From a virus, in the IMG/VR virus record IMGVR_UViG_3300032249_000861, positions 32,001-96,000 of that record: a stretch of DNA of 64,000 nt; one strand, written 5' to 3'. The notes under the pieces were generated by a model, which saw only the letters and a program-made list of their open reading frames with translations, was not told the origin of the DNA and did not search any database. The translations under genes were made by a program, and so were the position numbers. Below, in pieces: positions 31,201 to 35,900 of the stretch. Numbering within the stretch: the first letter of the stretch is position 1; each line of letters opens with the position of its first letter.

Positions 31201-32967
31201 TATAAACAGAGACAAATGGAACAATTAAGAAAAGAGTTTGGAGAGGATGGTTTTAAGACTTTATTAGAAGACTCGTTAGCACATACTCTAGGGGCTGGTA
31301 AAAAAGGCATAGCTGGAGATGTAAATTCAGCACTAAGATTTGAGTCTCAAAACTATATTCGCGGCAGAACTGGTGGCAGATATGGCGAAGCAGGACTAGC
31401 ATTTGGAGGCGAAGACCTGTCTCGCATAGATCCCGATATAATGGCAAAGGTTGGAGTAAGAGCTCCACAAACCTTAACAGGTCACGACAGAGTTTTAGAC
31501 GCTATGACAAGATATGGTCAGGATAAGGGTTTTGCATTTCCTAATTTTGTAGATAATGCAGAAGTGTCTGGTAGACAAGAATTTCTTACGTCTATGTTCC
31601 AGGATTTAGGAGGAGCAGATAAAGAAGCCAGAGGATTATCTCAAGGATTAGTCAAATTTATCGAAACTAAGGGTGGAGAAGGCGTAAAAATGACTCCACC
31701 GCCACTTCCTCCATCTCCACCACCACTTCCTGTTAATAGATACGCAAATGGCGGAATGGTCAATATGTCTGAAGGTAACAAGATTCCATCCGAAGTATGG
31801 GCAATAGGTACAAAATATACAAATGTTATGTCTCCTGAAGATTTTGAAAAACGCAAAGTCATTAGACCAAAATTATCTGATGATAGTACCTATGATACCC
31901 CCAAGGTTTTTAAAGACTATCACGAAGCACATAAAAAACCTATTAGTATTGATCCAGCATTACTAGATAAACAATCTTCTTTCTCTAAGTATTTACAGTC
32001 TGGCGGTCGAAGAATGTCTAATAATGTTGAAATTGCACCAAAATTAACCACAGATGAAGTATTACAATATTTTCAAAATATAAAAGCAAAAGAACGTCGT
32101 GAAGGTTCTCCTCCTGCTGGTGGTAGGGTTCAATATGCAACTGGTGGAATAGTTTATGCAAATAATGGTGCCCTCATAGCTGCACAACCAATGGGAACTG
32201 ATACTGTTCCAGCGATGCTAACTCCAGGAGAATTTGTTGTCAAAAAAGAACAAGCTCAAAAACACGCTCCAATATTACATGCTATAAATAGTGGAGCTTA
32301 TAGTAGGGGTGGTATTGTTAATTATTTGGCTAATGGTGGTATTGTTAATCCAAACTATTTATCTTATGGTGGCTATGCCAAAATGGGAGAGCAAGATCGT
32401 CGAGATCCATTAAAAGAGATGAGTCAGAGAGTAGCAGAATATAACGCCGCTGCAGCACCTCAACCAGTACCACTTCCTGCTCCAGCCCCAGTTCAAGTTC
32501 CATCTCCAGCACCAGTTGGTGGTGTATCTAATAATATTGGTATAGATTTAGCTGGTTTGCAATCAATAGTGGCTAATTTCCAGAAAACGGTCAATGATTT
32601 TGGAGCATCGGTGCCTTCGCTTTCACAAGTGGCAGAGAGTATGAATACTGGTTTTAGTTCTTTCGTAACAGGAGGATCTCAAATAGGAGAGATGTTAAAT
32701 AGTGCAACAGCTGGTTTACAACAAGTTAATCTTCCTGATAGGATTAGACTAGAAGGTTCAGTAAGTAATAATGTAAATATTAACGGTGCTGAAGCAGCCG
32801 CTAGGGTTATGGATACTATGGGCGGTGCTATTCAACAGGGCGCAAATGAACAAATAGGCAGATTCGCCGGAGCTATTAATAGAGGTATTGGTAATTTGGG
32901 TGAAGGAGCATTAGGTCCAGATACTGGTCAAATTATGGGTCAAATAGGTGGTTCAAATTATGCTTAA
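10243..32967 (+). CDS. giant (7574 aa) tape measure protein / multi-enzyme polyprotein
   Basis: N-terminal TP901-type tape-measure core (YDKELVRLQQVTG...LAQAGL...ETIATGLRTIFTRI...LKEFGV), long helical stretches, five DT.PA.L.PGEF modules, and many embedded enzyme motifs. Confidence 0.9.
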   Translation: MATAFNLTAQLNLRGPNNVNKIVADIKKQLTGITANVNLKLDPNVAKNVKAIDYSLKSLNATLSKTTTNAGSAAAAIAAFGKAVNAISIKNVSPQINAAVASMNKLNKSSSNVSQSLTESATEMQEFGKQAGLAIRRFAAFSAVTGVIYSLSNSITQGIQAYIDYDKELVRLQQVTGETAGGLQLLQDSISQLATGFGVSSKELTTVSVTLAQAGLSAKDTERALRALALSSLAPSFDDMNETVEGSIALMRQFGISAGQLEPALGSINAVAAAFAVEADDLITAIQRTGGVFATASKGVSEGTDALNEFIAVFTSVRATTRESAETIATGLRTIFTRIQRGSTIDALKEFGVTLTDSEGKFVGAYKAVQLLSEGLSKIDTRDIKFSRIVEELGGFRQIGKVIPLIQQFSVAQNALKIAQTGQSSLAKDASTAQLSLANQIQKVREEFFALFREIGQSKGFQSLLTGVLTLTRGLIKLADVSKSLLPALSVVLAFKGASALTQFASGFSKGFRPGGGKPEKERPRFADGGQVRYYAKGGHVAGSGNSDTIPAMLTPGEFVINKKAARAVGSKNLNRINRYASGGKVKDLVNDPNGKKSLKKVYDINKDFDSYEDPTIDRVDLDKTYDQYTQQSKQIWLEANKKYKQDLAQGYKPQKGDVPQLANAYIKRETGGLAQNLGFKELREPQTAKKLNKIRGALAENEVKKRYKLGNPLALQDGADFYDAKNDRFVEIKNQKKQLKDSTLISKTLLAFAARKGNKLNNQPDYVPSLKILAVEAPSPDKYDEFEEKKLGGPINKRVKQAVDFKNLHKINGYAKGGPIAANITDTTTSDGDTLNVNFTPEQKPFNTLSRLENWDAFETDDVQGFKIPEWQRKLGRAAAKVTSEEYNKQDDKALKAFRSSNGAMDNYGRPMFKDDNLGSKLKNLGLAMPYKGKGKAPTKQLSTWGDYRNIFGYAPSQAPGLQGEEISEDKAVKKALGGMIQKFEEGGVAQRKVGYIDYDVIANEANKDIVEKGMKETGSDGPRIYSDYLTKLAVNARKSSSIQKLRAIYGVAGSGKTTLARGQGTDNARLRKTERFPILSPEDIQKATEILILTSSVSQTKMDDFFGDVDRAYTLSSTTDAERSRVRDQRGSRDVTGIGLEGRQPGTTMGVSADTAVGEALLSDKLGAKSTVLGRSGSGRLRRKSGNELVDIVKKRIGFTWGGFAPTTAGHESIMDAAAAMGIPPEDFIALVGANEAVDASSYRTAIFDQDSRVLLAKAGFGAKGATVLPKPRDFEVPQGFDITQQGSDRRQVLIPSQGSTAFVADKTEDQTAKYRQAGYDVKNIERTGGISGTMVRDLIIAGDMAKLQSVLSPGVYDLVSNNIGRIQNRASVLPSLIEQAQKEAQAEMGQVDQQIEALGIKRIDSKKLESDPEYAAKVEVLKELRAKKQKIKSAAGFTPYKLLDALAEKDPQNYALDFSTSSNLGNVPDMRVMGQNSQASIPAGRVAQLAQEKNKSIQDVILEQLGGLGGPAGVKKILGIGSGDRTLSSLLQAGNIKGGKGLDEAADYVNRALAARGIRDAAEAKRLEEYQAKALHFGIAGLLPMDYSKEFEWDIGGTDVYATARGFGSTYLEEAKQMQKESSELAQRFAENVQNKNIFGGGEKLAFDFDKTLVEDADILDAKGKPDIAKYSNREAVQEALKSARPTRLATKLKSLIEQDPPFIKKTRILTARPQSTADLLAQSLQSFGLPYAETDITGVSGGVSSNIPALKAANLQKEEKLIDDSLDNIMAVRKAGKKGFQYTEPKSTTSELDEKMGQGNIEGAIIEKALAVLGAPVRPDAKQNRAIDYPDGLGSASQFFPGIDPGIPTEVKRTIDGSSLEKVREEIGRYITGGAQAVKLARGGAVQSFMAGGAATKTRKTKEPFGTGETEFPTRISKKYAEEQKTADEFAKSKLAWDKYPKDERIMVDDTKVQEAYQQPFDRERFASSFKEKISRDSLFQRMSDFAKFVGLPEEDLSVALPLQLDFGASKRGGGLGMFAAAQFEKGATGIRPYEGYDLSKFGYGEKQKQEAYGLEKLITAKEKEIAKIRKTPTETYDDGSFSFDSEAFQKTSIELDSLKNRLFKLKDLKRDAEKAALSEQNTTSSAAGRGTISFASSMGYSSDTKNSTLYHEMTHQLFQGLRTKSAGSFDKYRDRVSSLFSGDNDDLADAFDSLTAGGGYSSADVVYGRSYKSNNLSQILSSYYRQNLDFSRSAATIPQDTTKNLASLSTQSTAAKRAREYRPINPRVNEALLQAGDKFGMTQEKIDRMEDNGKEEFLTTLMEKAPQLDQNLQGILDSTLTELLSGAGIQRQKYAAGRKVDYESGVGVSPFGGSISKRLSESVYNLQKGTGLSDPEFNEIKKTADTYGYNEEEFKEYLAKRIQEKKNKQGLRASPSALAQQLMQQKTVSTPKQLALAETLKGEPDAGYRPIPTAAERIASDRMAVQNATRRFASGGTVSALVSNGEAYVPPKIAKRIGYGNLNRMNQADRNGMSKFSSGGISVFKGPGTGTSDSIPANLPVGSFIIREKATKALGLNKGGAVPAQRFATGGSVTSMIMEWLSSDMTAGTKPKMPQRPDIVSRATVTASSDTTKELDNLVKSLNAVGFSAKESADILNRGGQVSYKTIEKALVKDIERLKKSTAGIDQITQAETTLARIRNQTKKDVGSKQKMEEAFRGSGRSSGSVQQEIYSTAMSMGEQNIEAKEAARRKKIPQIEKRERKKLIESKREDFIEKEYKNQVAKEQKTKGRKLTSTEKDKVRSDAELKGNTKTFKLTTEEKTNVKATAQAKTTLSAEERTKEYNKAALRATTSVTGASKSELAAKNVKGSDILRYAQESMRDRKTLAEMDKQFVAMAMDEYKNRGTVNGIVVKSAAEAKKAAEEEISKRREAINARASQNGEKGVGAAGLRDYRNSPILNQIKGFIKSPGRVMGGVSVAAGLAAGSSDMIAKNMYDMSTTEGQGKAAKTSAAIQSSGTILSTGLAAASQMATIPVIGPYVAALTAVGTAAAAAADYFYDFTGAQKAATVEFERSVRAKEIGIAMDGLDRAFQNFEKDMGNIDLQNALEKSLGGASSLQIKDNMAERDNAKAEFSLKNRSWSDIFSGNFKGSAKMDALQQGAMDSEMSQKITPIADKAMSLYEKQISSGKSIQDIVNNVRTGNKEAGAAGFAVAASVNPKLWSELEAKIAKSGDTSEQNREKIQKEIAARELLTNVQLQSIERMAKLNKEMDAADRAGRRLAETFEHIGETIDQSIQRMQRESQIRQAQANDRVEARRGNAGFDERAVNNRNVGVLTSPKAYQNDPGRIEEAIRAGTTGMSPELAQKMAGGARLEATLPNVMRNAVSSELKTNANLDLAEAADAARKKGTEAIQRSGLSEADQKVAIDKLNTKLNSEQEKAQKEGGDSPRQKVDFFIDSVSELGPEIANIFGNAGKRLDDIIQARQGIYDTFAKNLQAASEAAKKAREFFSKARDIRYNAGMDLREAQTGVGESYAEAKAKSDSSIARLTGGVTDPQAIGRNIDALTARRDQQMKARDAAASDPNLTPKQQEDAAIKFAKDIQATNNALNDNREALDKLANSAEVAQKALDEVKNIRGLQQDRENFVNQLLTNTPAEADKLNQSFIRLQRNLSGGLNNASNQRDARNAFNDTLRRTGNLREATRAGNTVLADQRKQTLQLMQDPGFRGMMTLNMKNQGMNDQQIDKKFRDQESMLMQQMAVESGMINNPMVRQALAAKQDPNADPAMKRAAEQFLQSTGLQAKATEEQGRLELANVQSLLITSTDDLRTSIDALTTSINASLGPDGERVPGAVGPMVPVPAGARGAGPIGRPIRRATGGKVNTQYASTGKLIDFSPKGTDTVPAMLTPGEFVVNAKATADNYPLLKAINNGTNLVGNTAMMSKGGVVYLDNGGLIDEFRRIDSNSSNFLEVGEIDLKMMQLLDTDKDNKVSFREYSARAKSGGSGSSRSGQRSPVNSSFKADNLSFKAYSNAREEKYSKRYEGTRDRFPRETEKFSSGGLVTPYYLQDGTEKPLSKRPFMVKMEKPEDPLEAAERRRARALKASHPEITRVRQPSLVPGDPRALRHKESFYRLDVNSDGVLDAKEGRPHPELDRDLDRRITLEEWDGIDPGEFDPDDSSHVLRDSKGNPLTPGLMGSPFEKRHRSLMASVAMDEEKLAKGEPLVDSNGKPIDLASKRKELAIFNAQSGLYNTSQSLIARQKNIDDSLTKRLTGGGSLRNPDSSYAVTREFNKIRDRRSAFEEERRGQRAKDENATDEEIFDRTVEAYGQGDSDYWRSMGVTEAPNSYDESNTLNFIRSGDRLASRGDPYGDKARAYIDGYIASQGARQQQDRVDIGMGRPTISPDKAVVGTQGPVDDLNYLIDRNEVGRAVKYKAEQAKTEEENKQRDDAQVKQAEKQASLEKRDKELGIDTSGINRDIYESGGGFSNQPGSGRKVTVEEQTQRKRERAIADRFSFTDKTGKYSTAGTIDKVDFEKGTVKIAKMDPKTGEPITRTVPVFAGGETEEAIKASGRDPRRFKVGEKEEQVYTTVPLDKLSDKSRDKVRSYGLEKEADKAKTGENFTVGTSFEDYKGKIFRVDEKSEKVIVQKEDGKLVSVPMGIIDPETKNIALDQAKTATTVTDLTQKQMDADIGNIDFTSSLPEPQVPLIEDFTDRANEVRQETMNNAALEQTKMDQLPVMSEPVPTSGTIDPLTGKVVGNNVSMDLNPDGTRTPEQLNILNQQATRDADRRNSNARYEELRARSKAESSYDRSWFGENWPKEWGGVSKPEKRLTRKELEELGAMESERGVPALSRLGANTRVEQTRRNAGLDEAQIESLSQQKTEQFKAELEKKNDAEGGVAVGLAAQRAVVPLLAGATAVAAAPALVPAGVIGAGLTIAGGVGFSLGANKLQDVALEGTDFDKRQKELAEKRPGATAVGSLLPGLLTGNPLTGATTLRQALATRAASGATEAALGAGIRGATSGGDFGTVQDVGMDFISGAILPSPNFGGKGSKNYNIPEGPAKPKTEAVALKELAKTVKAEQRAITEENVLDGAEILATKRKQEEVRRAAQEKQRVRDEAEAVKESGREKAVFDVFTIGGRLSDDNIASALKSAKEKTVTGTKLLTGKVTGKPRGDLIEQNPTLASRLGVSTPGLDAVKNGQNITAKDLVAKLKDEGFSEEYAKKVSRERTLKMVSDLATERSKRKDESIQQVASEYKDAVTGVEDPNKRAKIKAKFQTRLQKELSSIVSDTNDRAEAFDSGMTVQELKKQRAAEAQAKDKAESDKLIQEFDSTLGSSKPITIDNPPIGEPLDLGVDPLAPITSARDNAATTAASTKPISTEEQSPVGETTIPQPNKDAADTVTAGTKPVDAATVAAKNQTVVKAAEQENTSSLQTSAIPQPKPYNPTDYPIMDSIMRGGKNGHYGPMGTTNITGKQNIHGISGWKTRLIPKDDASAAKIKEFLDTHPDIGSYKLALNEGPVPVFSVYFKKGTKDEALSFAQASEKGLKDSLDPRLYQGADTLLEGTNISARFDARDLKNKSASSIIDRQLENSPFSRGFLKAEELNLQILPSNTAPGSTASRAMPNITAGTRGVPDTGYVDWLKTKKFLAKDPKKIASLDAEIQRATNVADDWLKENMSDIYSASAERTARESTGPQQQAVVETATRDATSRPTKSGFVRDKSLPINEVDDLASAGFGVISPDQEVESVIRGARENFLGSLTKPAALLQPETYQKYADQLLELEKSGKIKITKGASFGTSGQPSIFVGKPENVDILAKAFESETARTRETRGSTSNEFKETVGKALGYSKDSIALHILEKDWDKAGLDIDTIQDRLQVSRGAAARYMVSEINKAKEQASVEQGVKESINPPIKDPITGDEFELGPGDDFQLGGLGEDPLAPAPIIKPENVLPEARAESEARRAETATSRTKSSIVDEDEFVLGDMEDDSTVVAVEPDDGSNFFGEAFAAAAQEARAIEATRAQIETNDKFVVDQPDMMTASELDPITRASSRRVWGSDKAFENMPKPKISREKVKALDTGEPDEMTASELTPLQRAVINKSFGLDSDKGFELREQLIAQKREADILPEDFFPNGSSRTETPLSSARTEAEAKNPGTVFEGQLEAALTDASSPEALKASAEAQQRLAAQKLAAKSPEQISVEKTYGPLYREAKKANDTAEMARIRLEANAEFKKRSQEASTRSEDKKNNFLPVMGRVLKIAAPIGSAIGYGLGSLLSGSMGRKKEEPQDLASRLENASDLQEVFDLLKLAEKDKIGNPTNPLREIGGSSPLIAKLQKLAPEIYGKKGSDYFSSQDLAAMPEDAYNENFLERLKDNATFEKMKREQKVAEPARLKSDEAARATTRDLITQWSQDFAMAGNDVRTPPGSDPKKARNPLKAMSREMAERAQERRSGFPTDDQGNDLQIGTMIPAPISVLDRTKNDAAAMREIDEKDNNAAPMLEVKKPVKKSLGGLIYASKGTLVNYQPRGTDTVPAMLTPGEFVVNARATADNYPLLKAINSGTNVDTTANMSKGGVVYAQEGALVPSFGMHIPSLDPDKNTKLTLLPESSLDQANTKEAFREYGNARPSYQSRPQLPKPTVQSGSFKEGVHDRNSVIKDSEYSRSLKRMGIPHVSQSGGSKTYLDQNGREISANEFKLLPETSFNHPEYAVMRSRAAFAAGAAKSVVPQMGATSGAIAGAAAGAVLGPPGVIAGGLIGGLTGGIMGSALQETALDIANPEANAIANQLMDQNPVSAMAGSAAGDIATGGLLSLALPSIPTPTRAGDSMVGPGGLTPKQIKHAEKGLNRPISEAITPFTGMKGFGGRYVDGPISVDQLVYKSRDNLAESIHYSGADPKTFDSLTTRLTEPVPGALGDYYQGLSRISPKAPPEHIIGTIAHEAGHHYQTMKDPTGRFVKTWMSDNRDQASDWILKRTSSPQYLETATPRNQVNYGVNDMLSGDFYKQRQMEQLRKEFGEDGFKTLLEDSLAHTLGAGKKGIAGDVNSALRFESQNYIRGRTGGRYGEAGLAFGGEDLSRIDPDIMAKVGVRAPQTLTGHDRVLDAMTRYGQDKGFAFPNFVDNAEVSGRQEFLTSMFQDLGGADKEARGLSQGLVKFIETKGGEGVKMTPPPLPPSPPPLPVNRYANGGMVNMSEGNKIPSEVWAIGTKYTNVMSPEDFEKRKVIRPKLSDDSTYDTPKVFKDYHEAHKKPISIDPALLDKQSSFSKYLQSGGRRMSNNVEIAPKLTTDEVLQYFQNIKAKERREGSPPAGGRVQYATGGIVYANNGALIAAQPMGTDTVPAMLTPGEFVVKKEQAQKHAPILHAINSGAYSRGGIVNYLANGGIVNPNYLSYGGYAKMGEQDRRDPLKEMSQRVAEYNAAAAPQPVPLPAPAPVQVPSPAPVGGVSNNIGIDLAGLQSIVANFQKTVNDFGASVPSLSQVAESMNTGFSSFVTGGSQIGEMLNSATAGLQQVNLPDRIRLEGSVSNNVNINGAEAAARVMDTMGGAIQQGANEQIGRFAGAINRGIGNLGEGALGPDTGQIMGQIGGSNYA
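12300..12600 (+). other. TMP cassette: PD-(D/E)xK-like nuclease domain 1
   Basis: G..AE (GALAENEV), ADF, VEIK motif order. Confidence 0.55.
12700..13040 (+). other. TMP cassette: staphylococcal-nuclease-like (thermonuclease) domain
   Basis: DGDT...RLENWDAFE...G.AA...DNYGR...L.N.GLA. Confidence 0.8.
13380..13700 (+). other. TMP cassette: P-loop nucleotide-kinase-like domain
   Basis: Hydrophobic strand followed by GVAGSGKTTLA; later RxxxR-like lid (RSRVRDQRGSR). Confidence 0.7.
13830..14340 (+). other. TMP cassette: HIGH-superfamily (cytidylyltransferase-like) nucleotidyltransferase
   Basis: GGFAPTTAGH (TxGH) and ISGTMVRDLI (ISxTxxR) signature motifs. Confidence 0.8.
15181..15600 (+). other. 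TMP cassette: HAD-family phosphatase
   Basis: Motif I LAFDFDKTL, motif II ILTARP, motif III K (ALKAA), motif IV LIDDSLDNI. Confidence 0.8.
15640..15870 (+). other. TMP cassette: PD-(D/E)xK-like nuclease domain 2
   Basis: EGAIIE, AIDYP, TEVKRT motif order. Confidence 0.45.
16240..17250 (+). other. TMP cassette: zincin-like metallopeptidase 1
   Basis: GTISF strand, TLYHEMTHQLF at 16708, downstream EEFLT helix. Confidence 0.65.
21883..22035 (+). repeat. conserved TMP junction module, near-identical in protein to the copy at 29779-29928
   Basis: GTDTVPAMLTPGEFVVNA(K/R)ATADNYPLLKAIN.GTN....TA.MSKGGVVY in both; other copies at about 11880, 17850 and 32195. Confidence 0.9.
22060..22690 (+). other. 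TMP cassette: two EF-hand pairs
   Basis: DSNSSNFLEVGE / DTDKDNKVSFRE and DVNSDGVLDAKE / DRDLDRRITLEE loops. Confidence 0.7.
23731..24210 (+). other. TMP cassette: two SHD1 (SLA1 homology domain 1)-like domains
   Basis: FSFTDKTGKYSTAG...TVKI.K...VPLDKLSDKSRDKV; second copy YKGKI.RVD..KVIVQKEDGKLVSVPMGIIDPET. Confidence 0.65.
30900..31670 (+). other. TMP cassette: zincin-like metallopeptidase 2
   Basis: LGDYY, TIAHEAGHHY at 31009, downstream QEFLT helix matching EEFLT in peptidase 1. Confidence 0.65.
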
Positions 32968-32987
32968 TCAATATATGAGAATTTATT

Positions 32988-35900
32988 ATGGCAAATAAAC
33001 TGGTAAAAGTTTTTGATAATATAGGATTTAATTTTCAAATCATTAATGGGAAGATTAGTCCTATAAAAACCCTAGTTGGATTTAATGGGTTAAATCAAAA
33101 ACATGTAGGTTATTATATACCGTATATATGTCGTAATAAAAAACTAAACTTATTAGAGATTGGTATAGGAGATGTTCAAAACGACGATTCTGGTAACGTA
33201 ATTATTAATAAGCATAAAATAGTAGTATCCTCAAATAATAATAATGCTGTTAATTTTGAAAATGATAGTAATAATGAATTTTTTGTTTTTGCCAATCAGA
33301 ATATTTTTAATAGTAGCATTAGTAATGTTGTTGTAATAGACTCTAATACCTTTATAGACAATGTCTCTGCTATTTATCTAGCAGATTGCTCGAACCAATC
33401 AGTATCGGTCACATTACCAGAAATATCTCAAGCAGAAAACTTGGTACTAGAATTTAAGAACATTTCACCTAATCATGATTTAATTATTAGAGATAGTAAG
33501 GGTGGTTCAGTAACTATACTAGATGGTCAAAAAAGTTATTCTAAACTAGTTACCACCAATGACCAATGGATATCTTTAGATAACAATAATAGTACAGAAT
33601 ATCTAAATACTCAATCATCAGAACCAATACTATCTGCTCAAAGTTCTCCTGTTGGCGATGATTTCTCACTACAATATAAACAAGGCAGTAATTTTGCTGA
33701 CTCTAATATGTACTGGGATTCAGTCAATAACGATTTATTATTAGGCGCAGACAATAGTACTGATGCTTACTCAGTCATTCCAACATCTGGTAATAGACCT
33801 CTATATATTAATCAGAAAAAGTTAAATAGTGATTTAGTTGTTTATGGTAGTGGTAATAGGAATCTATTCTTTTCTTATGATGGTAGATTAGGTCTGAATA
33901 TTCCATCAGGATCTAGACCATCTACCATATTTCATATTGTAAATACTGTGTGTCAAGAAGGTTTCAGACTAGAAAATCGTAATGCTTGTCATCCAGCAGA
34001 CATTACTTTATTTCATAAGCCCAACTCAGCTATTGTTAATGGATCTATCATATCTCAAATTAATTTAGCTGGTAAGAATACTAGTGGAAATAAAACAGAT
34101 TACGGAAGCATAGAGGCTTTGGCAATTAATACGACAGCAAATCTTGAAGAAGGAGGATTGCAGTTTAAGATTGCTGCTGCGTCTACTGGAGTAAAAGTTT
34201 TTGACAGTAATTATTCAGCCACAACGGTAGGCTATAGTGGTAATAGTCTAACTATTAATCGTACAGGATCAACAGTATTACAAAATAACAACACCTCTGT
34301 TACTTTGTCTTCTAGTAGTGTGAATATAAGCGGATCAGCAGTAACACTAAATACATCTAATTTAGTTCTTGGTGGTGCGGGATCTTCTGTTAGTGTTCCT
34401 GGTGCAATTGCCGCTGGACCAATATCAGCAACCTCATTACAGTCAAATACTATAATTGCTCCAAATATTGGTAGCGGCAGTTTTATTACAACCAACGGAG
34501 ATAATAGGCTTGTCGGCAGTACCACAATGTCTGTTAATTCTTTGGGTACTCTTAATTTACCCATTACGCCAAACAAACTATTACAAACAACAACAAACGG
34601 TGCCATAACTGGTATATATTCTACAGATGATTATTTCAGAACAGATGGAGATATTGTTTGGAATAAGTACACGCAGAGACTAGCATCAGCCTGTTTAAAA
34701 CAAATAACATTCGTTAACCCCGTATCTGTGGATGAATATAGTGTTGGGGATCAGTTAGCAATTGTATCATCTTCATCTACTTTTTACAGAAGAATTGCGG
34801 ATGTTTATGTTGAGAATAATGCTATCACAGGACTACTAGTTGATCAGGATGTTTCTCCTACAGATATTGATGGAATAACAGTGTACTCTGTTACCAAAGG
34901 AGGATATCTTGATATACAAGTGTCTACCGAAGAAGGAGTAATATCTGATTCTACAAAAAATGTTATTAGCGCTAGACCAGGAACAAGTACGCTATTTAAT
35001 ACTCTACAAAAAGATATAGATTTTTCAGTATACGGCATAGACTCTACCCCAGCATTAAAGATTAAAGCTAACTCTGGTAAAATCAGCATAATTTCTGGTA
35101 TGTATCGCGCCTTTTCTCCAAAGCATGAATTGCCAGCATTTCCAATTGTTGTAACTACTGGTGGTGTCGGTATATCTAATTTATATTCTTCAGCTAATTT
35201 TAATTATAGTAATACCCAAAATTTATTTTCTGGCATAGTATCTGATGTTGGGTCTAATGGACTACCTTCTCATTACGGAACATATGATCAAAATGGTAAT
35301 GCTTCGGAATGGATAGAAAAACCAGGAATGTTAGAAAGTAGAGATAAAGAAGAATTTGTTGCTGGTGGTTCTTATTCTACATCAAATGCTATTGAAGGGA
35401 AAGTCCTAAAACATGTAGAAACATTAATCAGAGCAACTGGATACTCTTACGTCGGCTTTAGAGTAGCATCTCTTTATAACACAACAGATCCCACTAACAT
35501 ATCAGCACCAGACAAATTATCAATGAGCTTTGTTGGCGTTGTTGATCCTCAGAATACTGAAGATGTTTCTACAACCTATATCCGAAGTACTACCGGTGGT
35601 ATTGAACAATTTAATTCAATAGTTATAAATAATCTGGGCGTTGTCGATAGTATGTACAGGATTGGAAAGTATGAAGTAACAAATAAACAATATTGTCAAT
35701 TCTTAAATGTTGTTGCTAAGAATAACGATAGAAGATTATATGATTCTAAAATGGGTAGTGATGCTGTTGGGGGTATTGATCGTATATTTGATGCTGAATA
35801 CATATATATTGTTAAACCTAATATGGATAATAAGCCAGCAGTATTTGTAAGTTATTTAAGTGCTATTAGATTTATTAATTGGCTTCATAATGGAGCTGCT

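Noticed and set aside
10243-32967. Inteins or homing endonucleases as the cause of TMP size
   Set aside because: No C/S-start...HN-C/S/T splice junctions and no LAGLIDADG or HNH motifs were seen.
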